Shown here in pieces: positions 23,793-34,472 of a stretch of 64,000 nt of DNA (the stretch's first letter is position 1; every line of letters begins with the position of its first letter). A program made the translations under genes and the position numbers. The DNA lies in NCBI GenBank assembly GCA_013239625.1, contig MU056262.1:8594134-8658133 (forward strand), given 5' to 3'. The notes under the pieces were generated by a model. It saw only the letters and a list, made by a program, of their open reading frames with translations, was not told the origin of the DNA and did no database searches. Origin of the DNA: Lama guanicoe (lineage: Eukaryota).

Positions 23793-23924
23793 NNNNNNNN
23801 NNNNNNNNNNNNNNNNNNNNNNNNNNNNNNNNNNNNNNNNNNNNNNNNNNNNNNNNNNNNNNNNNNNNNNNNNNNNNNNNNNNNNNNNNNNNNNNNNNNN
23901 NNNNNNNNNNNNNNNNNNNNNNNN
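23793..23924. other. Assembly gap (132 N) in E2F4 3' UTR
   Basis: Run of N immediately before AATAAA at 23925. Confidence 0.95.
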
Positions 23925-24364
23925 AATAAAGACCATGCCTAAGGCTATCTGTGATCTGGTTCTTTCAGGGCCCCTCCCTGGGACTCTGCTGGATTGGTGT
24001 TGGGATTGGGAGGGTCACCTTTCTAGGAAAGAAGGTGTGGCGGTGCTGACAGCCCGCCCTCCCCACCACCACCTGCCGCACCTTGGGGCGGGGCAGGGCC
24101 GCCTCTGCGGGGCGGGGTTAGGGCAGGCGCCATCCAACCCTACCCTCCTACCCCGGACTCCAACCCGGAACTAGCCTCGGCTCCGGCTCCCTTGGGAAGG
24201 CCGCGGCGCCTTGTCAGGAGTGGGAACCTGGGCTTTGAGCGCGGGCCACAGGAACCAAACCTCGGACAGAGGAACACCTTCATCTTCAGGGGCCTCAGAC
24301 CAGGCGTGCCTTCCGCGGGAAGTTGCACGTCTGGAGTACAGAGGCCCTCACCCCTCTGATTGGC

Positions 24365-27300
24365 ATGGCGCCCCCGCGGAATGTGGTGAAGATCGCCGTC
24401 CAGATGCGTGACGCCATCCCTCAGCTCATCCAGCTGGACCAGGTCACCTGGACTCCACCCTACCACCCACCTCCGGGTCGCCCCTTTCCCCTCCAACATA
24501 CGACCCTCCCCCTCCCCAGGCTCCTCCCCACTCCCTCCCTGTTGAGTGACCGCTCCACTTGCAGGCAAAACCCCTGGCTGCTGTGCTGAAGGAGGTGTGC
24601 GACGCGTGAGTGTGGGCCTCCCAGGCGCAGGGGTGGGGGTGGTGGGTGGAATGGGGGCAGGAGGGAGAAGTTCCCCCCCAACCAGCTCACTGAGTCTCTG
24701 CTGCCCACAGGTGGAGCCTGCTTCACTCTGAGCGCTATGCCCTCCAGTTTGCTGATGGGCACAGGAGATACATCACTGAGAATGTGAGTCCCCTCTCGTC
24801 CTTGGCCCCATATTCCACTGTATGACCCCTTCTAACCTACCTGGCCCTGACTTCTCAGACTCATCATCCCACTGTCTAGAACCTGATCTTTCTTTTACTG
24901 ACTCCCAAATCTTCCCTGGTTGACAACTCAATTAACCAATCCTCAGAGCTCTTCCTGACTTCTCTCCATTTTTGACCACCTTTTCCAGAACCGCATGGAG
25001 ATCAAGAATGGCAGCATCTTGTGCCTCAGCACTGCTCCAGTAATGCCCCCCCCCCGACCCTGCCCTCACTCCCTGTCCCTCTCCTCTTTTCTGCCCACCT
25101 GCGCCTCTGCCCCAGGTCTGGAGGCTCCAGGCCAGCAGTGCCCCACCTAGTGGACACATTCCCAGTTCCCACTCCTTACCTCCTCACCTCTGCTCTTGCT
25201 CCCAATCCTGCCAGGACCTTGAGGCTGAGCGGCTGTTGGGTGGGCTGCAGAGCGAGAGTCGTGAAGGGCGCCGGGAAGCCCTGCGGCACCTCGTCCTGTT
25301 GGCCCCAGACATGACCTTCGCCCGGGAGGTTATCAGCCGTGATGGGCTTCAGAGACTAGGCACCATCATTGAGGATGGGGACGAGTGAGCACAGGGCTGT
25401 GGTGGGTGGTGGACATGATGGGGCTGGGGGTCCTGGTGTAGCCCTGCTCAGCCCCACATGTCCCTCCAGCCTAGGGGAGGTGCTGGCCCTCACACTGAGG
25501 GCCTTCTTGGAGCTCATGGAGCATGGCGTGGTGTCCTGGGAGACACTCAGCATCCCCTTTGTTAGGAAGGTGGGTAGGAGTTTCTAGGGGCAGTGGGGTG
25601 GTGTCAGGGTCTAACCTTCCATGGTGATGAGGTGGTGACAACTCCTGCTTCTCTTACAGGTGGTGTGCTACGTGAACATGAACCTGATGGATGCATCTGT
25701 GCAGCCCTTGGCCCTGGGGTTGCTGGAGAGTGTGACCTTGAGCAGCCCTGCCCTGGGCCAGCTGGTCAAGAGCGAGGTGCCATTGGATAGGCTGCTGGTG
25801 CACCTACAGGTGTAAGTGTCTGGGGTGGGATTCAGATGAGGGGAGTGTGGCTGGACTCCAGATGGCTGGTTGAGCCCTCTTCTTGCCCCAGGATGAACCA
25901 GCAGCTGCAAACCAAGGCCATGGCACTGCTGACAGCTTTGCTGCAGGGAGCCAGCCCTGCTGAACGTAAGGTAGGTATCCATCCAGTGGCTGGATGAGGG
26001 GCAGGAACTGGTGGGTGCTGTGCTCCACCCTAGGCGTACAGGGTGCATGCTCATGGTGGAGTTAAATCACCTAAGTCCCCCTTCCCACCCACCTCAGCAC
26101 ATGCTTGACTACCTGTGGCAGAGAAACCTTCGCCAGTTCATCTACAAGGTAAGAAGGACCAGACCAGGCAGACCCCTCCCAACTCCTCTCCTCCTGAGCC
26201 CACACTCACATCCACGGACTGCCTGTTCTCCAGAACATCATCCACAGTGCAGCGCCACTGGGCGACGAGATGGCTCACCACTTGTACGTACTGCAGGCCC
26301 TTACACTTGGGCTGCTGGAACCACGCATAAGCACGCCACTGGACCCCTACAGCCAGGTAGCACAAACCTCTGGGATGCACAAGGCTGGGGATGGCTGGAG
26401 CTTGGCTTTGACTCTTCAGTCTTGACACCCCTCCAACAATGACCCCAGGAGCAGCGGGAGCAGCTACAAGCCCTGCGCCAGGCTGCTTTTGAGCCAGAGG
26501 GGGAGCCCCTGGGTGCTGGGCTGAGTGCTGACCGTCGTCGTTCCCTCTGTGCCCGCGAGTTCCGCAAACTGGGCTTCTCTGTGAGTGACCCCTACAAAGC
26601 TCCACACCCCCACCTCAGCCTGAGACTGCTGTTATTCCAGAGGGCTGGGAGCCCTTCCTGAGTGGCTTGTCCCCCTTCCCTAGAACAGCAACCCTGCGCA
26701 GGACCTGGAGCGTGTGCCCCCTGGCCTGCTGGCCCTGGACAACATGCTCTACTTTTCCAGACATGCACCCAGTGCCTACAGCCGGGTCAGTGACTGGGCG
26801 GGGTGGGATAGCAGGAAGCCACCTAAGCAGGATCTCCATGGGCTGTCATGATTCCTCACCCAATTCTGTGTTCCCATCATCCAGTTTGTGTTGGAAAACA
26901 GCAGCCGTGAGGACAAGCATGAGTGCCCCTTTGCCCGGAGCAGCATCCAGCTAACTGTGCTGCTGTGTGAGCTGCTCCATGTCGGAGAGCCCTGTGAGTG
27001 GTGCTCAGGGCACAGCGTGTCTAGGAACGGGGGACGGAAGGGCAGAGAGGGCCAGGGGCTGCACACACTTTCTCCCTGAGCCCCTCCTGCCCCCCCACTC
27101 CAGGCTCCGAAACAGCCCAGGACTTTTCGCCCATGTTCTTCAGTCAAGACCAGAGCTTCCACGAGCTCTTCTGTGTGAGCATCCAGCTGCTGAATAAGAC
27201 CTGGAAGGAGATGCGGGCCACTCAGGAGGACTTTGACAAGGTGCGTAGGATGGGAGCAGAGAGCCCTGGGCCAGGGCAGGGGGCTGTTCTGGGTCAAGGC

Positions 27301-28574
27301 CCAGAGCTCAGGCCTTGAGCTGAGCTTGGGGTGGCCCCAGGTCATGCAAGTGGTGCGGGAGCAGCTGGCCCGCACACTGGCCCTGAAGCCCAGCTCCCTA
27401 GAGCTCTTCCGAACCAAGGTGAACACGCTCACCTATGGGGAGGTGCTGCGGTTGCGGCAGACCGAGCGGCTGCATCAGGAAGGCACGCTGGCCCCTCCCA
27501 TTCTGTGAGTTGGTGGGGATGGGTCCCAATCCTTGCCCCTGCCTTCCCTGCTGCCCTATGGGCCTTGCCCAGGTCAGTCCTGGTCAGTGAGCCCCCTCCT
27601 CTCACCCAGGGAGCTGCGGGAGAAGCTGAAGCCAGAGCTCATGGGCCTGATCCGCCAGCAGCGTTTGCTCCGCCTCTGCGAGGGGACACTCTTCCGCAAG
27701 ATCAGCAGCCGTCGGCGCCAGGGTCATTACGTGGGCGGGGGGAGGGGGTAGAGGGAGGCTGGGTTGGGGTCAGGGAGTGTCCCTCTCATCACTCCTTACC
27801 TCTGCCCCTTTCTGCCCACAGACAAGCTGTGGTTCTGCTGCCTGTCCCCCAACCACAAGGTGCTGCAGTATGGGGATGTGGAGGAGGGTTCTGGCCCCCC
27901 GGTCCCGGAGAGCCTGCCTGAGCAGCGTAAGGAGGGCAGGGTGGGGGTCAGACACCTGCTTTCCCCAGACCACCCCATGTCCCGGGACCGCCTGGGGTCC
28001 CAGTGGTCAGCCCAACCGTCTTCCTGCAGTCCCCGTGGCCGACATCAGGGCACTACTGACAGGCAAGGACTGCCCTCATGTCCGGGAGAAGGGCTCGGGG
28101 AAGCAGAACAAGGTGAGTGCAGTGGGGACCAGGGGTTCCTTCCCGCCTGCCCCCTGCTCAGTGCTTCTGCCTCCCTTGCTTCCTTAGGACTTTTGTGAGT
28201 TAGCTTTCTCAATCAGCTATGACCACGGGGAGGAGGAGGCCTACCTCAACTTCATTGCCCCATCCAAACGGGAGGTGAGTGTCTGGGCAGGTTGAGCAGA
28301 GTTGGGCAGATGGGCAGGGGAAGAGACGGGTAGGCCCTCATGGAGCTGGCCCCGTCCCCAGTTCCACCTGTGGACAGATGGGCTGAGTGCCCTGCTGGGC
28401 AGTCCCATGGGCAGTGAGCAGACACGGCTGGACCTGGAACAGCTGCTGACCATGGAAACCAAGCTGCGGTTGTTGGAACTGGAGAACGTGCCCATCCCTG
28501 AGCAGCCACCCCCCATCCCCCCACCCCCCACCAACTTCAACTTCTGCTATGACTGCAGCATTGCTGAACCCTGA
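24365..28574 (+). CDS. ELMO3: Engulfment and cell motility protein 3, 720 aa
   Basis: 20 exons: 24365-24442, 24565-24605, 24711-24783, 24989-25039, 25215-25384, 25470-25569, 25660-25811, 25892-25970, 26098-26148, 26234-26356, 26449-26580, 26684-26785, 26885-26993, 27104-27240, 27341-27504, 27610-27722, 27822-27926, 28030-28112, 28188-28274, 28362-28574; 2163 nt. [12 protein letters not shown]...ELMO domain...PH...[28 protein letters not shown] at 28677. Confidence 0.97.
27028..27102 (-). ncRNA. MIR328: microRNA-328 precursor
   Basis: The minus strand carries miR-328-3p CUGGCCCUCUCUGCCCUUCCGU (27055-27034) and the 5p arm GGGGGGGCAGGAGGGGCUCAGGG (27096-27074), forming a hairpin inside ELMO3 intron 13 (26994-27103). 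Confidence 0.95.
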
Positions 28575-31500
28575 CAGTGAAGCTGTTCAAGGGCCACAGC
28601 TGCTGCTACTGTGGTAGCCACAAAGGGTGGCGGGTGGAGAAGCACAGACACCCTGACCAGCAGATACTGCAGCAGAAATAAAGCCTGCTTGGCTGTTGGA
28701 TATGTGTCAAGCCAGCTCTGAACCCTGCAGGCCACACTTGCCTTCAAATATAGCTGGCGTAGAAGACAGGGGAATCAGACCAGGGCCGCAGCTTAGGGCC
28801 ACAAATCTGGGCAGCTACAGTTGAGGGGTGGGTGTTCTGAAAGAGTAGGGACAGGCTGGCCCTCTTACCCTTCCCCAAGATGAGTCCTCATCTTTCCTCA
28901 GTGCTAGCCCTGCAGTCTGGTGGCACCAGCCAAAGTGGGTCTGGGGCTGCCAGTGTCTCCCTATTGCCCTTGGGATAATGGTCATGGTACCAAGATTAAA
29001 CAGAGTTGAGATGGGTTGCAGACATGTTGTGGTTTAGCCCTTCCAACAGAGTGCCTGTGGCTTGCAGGGTTCTCAGTGCTTGGTCCAAGCTGGCATCCTC
29101 CCTCCCAAGAGGCTGGGACCACCCCTACCCCCAGTGCCAGCTCTGGCCTGTCCACACGCACTTCCCTGGTCCCTTCTGCTTCATTGTCCCCTTCCTTTCC
29201 TCCACTTTTTAAACTCACCTGAGTCTTCCTTGACCTCCTAAGCTAAGTTCATTGCTCCCCTGGGTTCCTAGTCCCAGGAGCTTGTTTATTTGTGCACACC
29301 CTACACACTGCACTGGCCCTGCCTGTTGGCTAATATGCTTCCCCAACTGGCCTTAGGGCTGGGAGAGCTTCAGCAGCTCTGACTCCCCACATAAAGCACA
29401 GTGCCTGCAGGTACTCAGGCAGCCCAGTTAGCTGTCCTAGAACTAGTGAACTGATAGATGAACAAAGCATGGGTGGATGCATGGGAGACAGACTGTTTCT
29501 CAGAGCTGTTTGAGAAGTCACCAGCACTGTTCAGGAGAATGGACTAGATGTCCTCTAATGACTCTTTATACCCAGAGATGCTGGCCTCTTGTTCTTTTCC
29601 AGAGGACAGCCTCACTGACTCAGGCATCCTTAGTCACCATGCTCTTGGGGTCTGGCTGGGACAAGTGCACACAGATGTGCCTTTGCTACAGGCCATGTCC
29701 TGGGGCTCGTGCTGGGGAAAGGCCTCTGGAGTCTCTGGGGAAGAAGCTAAGACCCACTGAGGGCACCTGCAGGGCTTTGGGCCAGAAGAAGAAGTTGTCT
29801 GTCCCTCTGGTGTTTCCTACACATTGTCTGTGGGCTGGGCTGGGCTGTTTCAACTGAGGTGGGGAGGGGAGGGACCCTAGAGTCTGAGAACTTCAAACAA
29901 GGAGGTAAGATCTGGAATTTTTTAATCTTGTTGGGCGTACAACAAAGACTGCTAAAGCTCAGTGCTGGCAGGGGGCTGGGAGAGCTCCTGTAGGGAACAA
30001 GGTGGCGCGCGCGAGCTCCTGTAGGGAATAAGGTGGGCACAGGCCTTAGTGTGAGAAGTGGACAGGGCAAGAGGCAGAAGGTCTGCTCCTCCCCAGCCCA
30101 CCTGTAACCCTGGCCTCTGAACCCAGCCCTGGACAGGAGAGCAGGAGCTGCCATTTCCAGGGGTCTGTGACCGTGACATGTAGCTGGAAAACGTCCCTGC
30201 TGGGTTGTGGGGCAGAGTAGGGCAGGAAGCCCCTTGGGCTGCCCTGGATGAGTCCCACCCCTAGTCCTAGAAAAGGAGAAGGGGCTCTGGGGCATGTAGC
30301 AGAAGGAGACAGAAGGCACTGAGTCAAACTCTAGGTCAAGAAGCCAGGGCTGAGGACTCTGGAGTTGACGGAGGCTGAGCTGCAGGGCTGGTTACTGACC
30401 TGGCCTCAGAGTGTTAGGGTCAGGTCAGCACCCCCCACGAAGCGGGACTGGACACAGGTCACCTGGGGCAGTTGGGCTTGGAAGCACCTGACAGAAGCCA
30501 TGCTGATGCCAGGACACATGGCCACATCTAACGTCTGGAGTTGCTTGCACGCTTGCCCAGTGGTATCCAGTGTTCTGCAGGGAGGCCACTAGATGAGTGC
30601 CCAACTCAGCATCGGCCCCAGCCAAACCCCTGTACTGTGGCAACACCGGACACACTCACTGCTCTGTAAGCCGACTGCAGCTGGACAGGTTGAGATGCTG
30701 CAGCCTCGGCCAGGAGCTGGCTGCCTGGGCCCAGCCCTTGTCGTTGAGGAGGCTGCAGTGACTCAGCGCCAAGCGCTCCAGGCTGGGACAACCCCTGGCC
30801 ACAGCCACCAAGCCCTTGTCTGTAAGTGCGGGCAACAGGCTCAGTGACAACTGCTTCAGCTGGGGGAACTGGAGCACCTGTAAGGATGGGGGTGGGGTGG
30901 AGGGTAATGTGTACTGGAGCCCAGGTCTAGGGCCCTTCCAACTTCCTCTGCCCCCAGACAAAGGAATGGCCAAAGCAGCAGAAGCCCATAAGAAAGGAAG
31001 TTTTTCCAAGCAAAAAGTGGGTTGGCCCAGACCCCTGGCTCCAGCCCCCAGCCCCACACCTTGGTCAAACTGGCATCAGTCAGCTTACTGCAGGCTGTGA
31101 GGTCCAACTCCCGCAGGGCCTGCAGCGTGAGCAGGGAGGGGTCCTGTGGCTGGGGAGAAGGGTTCTTGGGGCTGGAGGCCTGATGCTCCAGCTCTCGGTG
31201 TGGCTGTGGGAAGAAGCCCCTGCCTCAGGTTCCTCCTGAGTTTGACCCTCAAATGTTCCCAGAGAGAGACTTAGGAGGGGTAGGAGGGCAGAGAACGCCC
31301 CACCCACCTGACCTCCAGGGTCCCTCACCTGGGCTCTTTCAAAGCCTCCTCACTTGGTTCCCTCAGCCCCAGAAACCCCCAGTCATGGAGCTCCTTGCAC
31401 CAGGCCAGACACAGGACTGAGAGGTGGGTAAGATAGGTGCAGATGGCTTGCATGGTTTGGTCGGTGAGGGCCACACAGGAGGATAAGTCTAGCACCCTAA

Positions 31501-32895
31501 GGCTTGGGCTCAGCACGGGGATCAGGGAGAACACTGAGGCGTCCTAGGAGGGAAGTGTAAAAGGGAGAGGGCAGTGGAGAGGTGTGCCTGTGTCACCAGG
31601 CTTGGCAGGGATCACTAGTAGGGTTCTGCCCAAGGTTCCAGCCCCACAGACAATAGGGAGCTACCACAGGGTCCTTCGAAGGAAGCAACAATGTTCTGGT
31701 GCTGGTGAAAGTCAGTGTAGATGGATGAGGTGGGTTCTAGAGATGCAGCACCAGGAGAAGGACAAATTGGCTGGGGCAGGAAGGATGCAGGTGAAAATTT
31801 CTGTGGTATTCACCTTGCCTATGCTCCCAGCACCAGTGGCGGACATCTGATCCTAGCTGAGCCAGTCAGACATGCTCCTGCTAGAACTGTGAGGTCACAG
31901 ACCAGGTAGGGCTGCCACCTGCCAGGAGCAACTGGGGTTAGGTAGGGGGAGCAGGAATTAAGCACAGAATAGAGGAAGCTGGTTTGTAGTGAGATGCAGA
32001 GACATGAGAATGTGGGGCCCCAGAGAGAGCAGCTAAGAGACACACAGCAGTGAAGATGGAATAGGACAGGGGAAGAGAGGCGCCTGTGGGGAAAAAGGCT
32101 GAGATGGTTTTCAGGTTAGGAATGCCCTGGCCACAGTGCTAGACTGAAGGAATAATCAGCTAACGAGGGAGAGACTGACATTGCCAAGATAGGGACACCA
32201 CCCAGAGGGGCAGGGCTGAGCCCTACTGAAGAAACTGGCTTCAGCCAAGAAATGACCCTTCTGCTCCCACATCACATTCCCTCCCTCGGACCCTGCCAGA
32301 GCAACCACTTCGGTGGAACCTCAGTGCCCCTTCCCCGCAGGACTGGGTTCTGTCACCCCTTCTACCAGCCTTCCCGGCTTCCAGAACACCTGCCCCCAGA
32401 GCTGCTCCAAAGACTGCAGTGGTCACTAAGCACTTGGCTTGTGAGGTGTGTGCCACCTTGGGGGCTGGACCACCCTGATCTCTTGGACCTCCCTCTACCT
32501 GGACCCACTGTTGGGGCTGCAGGGAGGAGTGTTGGTGGCAGCACTGTCTATCTAGGCTCCTTTCCGCTTCCAGACTATGTCCCCAGTTCAGTTCTACTAC
32601 TACCACTTGGACATGAACACTGGGCACCTCCCTGATGCCACATTCCCAGTCACCCCAGCCCTTAGCCCTGGTGGGGAAGGAACGAAGGGGATGGGATGCT
32701 CACCTTGAGTGAGGAGCAGTAGGCCAGGCTGAGGGAGGCCAATGGGGGTGGAGCTCCATGCACCGAGCCCAGCGCCTGGGCCAGTTCCCACCCTCTCACC
32801 TGGCAGCACTCGGCCATGTTGAGGCTCTGCAGCTCCTGCAGGCCCCCTAGGGCTGAGCATCCCGCATCTGTGACCCGCTGCAGCTTCCTCAGGCT

Positions 32896-32944
32896 CAGGT
32901 GCTGCAGGTGCTGCAGGTGCTGCAGGTGCTGCAGGTGCTGCAGG
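32896..32944 (+). repeat. Perfect (CAGGTGCTG)5 tandem repeat in LRRC29 exon 3
   Basis: Five exact 9-mers plus CAGG; encodes (QHL)5 on the minus strand. Confidence 0.95.
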
Positions 32945-34412
32945 CCTCAGCTCACAGCCAGGAGCGCCCCTTCAGACAGTTAGTTCTGAGCAGCCACTGA
33001 GGTCCAAGGAGGTAAGGCCTGGTTGCTGGTAGCAAAGAGCAGCCACAGCCTCTGTGGAGAGGTCCTGGCATCTGTGCAAGCTCAGCTCCTGCAGCTGCAG
33101 CCCGGCCACCTGGCCCAGGGCCTGTAGGGCCTTGGGTGGCAAGCCAGTGCCACTCAGGTCCAGGGCGCACAGCCTACCAGCCCGCTCCTTCACAAATCGC
33201 AGCAGGTTGTGAAAGGAGAGTTGGGAGGGGGAGGAGTCCTAGGGGCCGATGGAGCCCCTGGCTGGGCCTTGTTCGAAGGTGAGGTAGCAGTAGGCCAAAG
33301 AGAGGCGCTCCAGGCTGGGGGCACAGCTACTGAGACAGTTGAAGCTGTGATCAGCCAGGTCCCGCAGGCTAGCCAGGTTGAGCTCACAGAGGCCACTCAG
33401 TGCCTGCTGGACCCTCTGTGCTGTCTCAGGCTGAGCTAGCAGCATGCCCGATGTGAAGAGACTGTTGCAGCCACTGAGGTCAAGGATACACAGGGCCAGG
33501 CAGCCCAGGATCAGGGCCACAAAGGAGGCCTCTGTGGGGCTGCCCCCACCGAGGCACAAACTCTGCAGGTGTGAGCCCATGTGGTAGGCAACAGACTGCA
33601 GCACCCGGTGTGAAGCCGGCGAGCCATCCAGGTTGGTCAGGCTGATGCAGGAGATGCCCCTGAGACCCAGGCTCTTGATGGCCGGAAGGGAGGCAGAGGA
33701 CACAGGGATGTTATACCACACGTTGGTCTAAGAAGCAGCATTGGGCCTGGGGTTAGCCCTCTGGCCTCAGAGTGTGCTGGGCATTAGGTCTGGTGGCCAT
33801 TTGCTGGCTAGAGTTTGAGGGCAGGTCAGGCAAGGGCCCTTCTACAATAGGGACCCACTGTGGTGTGTGGTGTCTTGTGTGGTTGAAGAGGTGCTGATGG
33901 AAGTGGGAGGTAGGACGAGGTCACACTGGGTCTCAAAAGGGATGACTATGAGGGGAGGGCAGGAAAGTTAGTGATGGATGGGACTGAATGCCTGCCGCGG
34001 GAGGGGCTGGGTCAGAGCGGGGACTTGGCATTCTTGCTGGGTATAGGAGGGCTGGAGGGTGGCCTGGAGGAGACCCAGCGAAGCCCCCAGGGAGCAGGAG
34101 GACAAAGTGTGCTGGATCCCAAGCTTTGCGACTTTCAGAAGGTGGCCCTGAGACCCATGGACTCAGCTCCCAATCCAGGGCCTCAGCTTGGCATTAGCCA
34201 AGCAACTAGCCTCCCCTACTTTCTTGAGAACATATAAATAGCCCTCAGAACAGCTGAAGGCTGGAAGAAGCAACACAGGTGTCACCAGCATCCTCCGTGG
34301 CCGAGGTGCCAGAGATCTGGGGCAGGCAGTGAGGCCTAGGTCCCCTGGTGGCCTCAGTGTCTCAGCCACATGAATGTTTGCAAAAACGGGTTTTGTGTGT
34401 GACTGAAAATAT

Positions 34413-34472
34413 TGCGCATGCACGTGCGTGCGAGATGTGCGCATGCGTGTGTGCATGCGCGCTCACGTGTGT
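34413..34472. promoter_or_regulatory. Alternating purine-pyrimidine CpG-rich tract with NRF1-like motifs and E-boxes; candidate internal promoter
   Basis: tgcgcatgcacgtgcgtgcgagatgtgcgcatgcgtgtgtgcatgcgcgctcacgtgtgtg, in an otherwise CpG-poor intron. Confidence 0.5.

Noticed and set aside
27715-27730. Weak ELMO3 exon 16 donor (G|GTCATT)
   Set aside because: It is still a GT donor in the correct phase and the gene sums to an intact 720 aa; no evidence of a defect.
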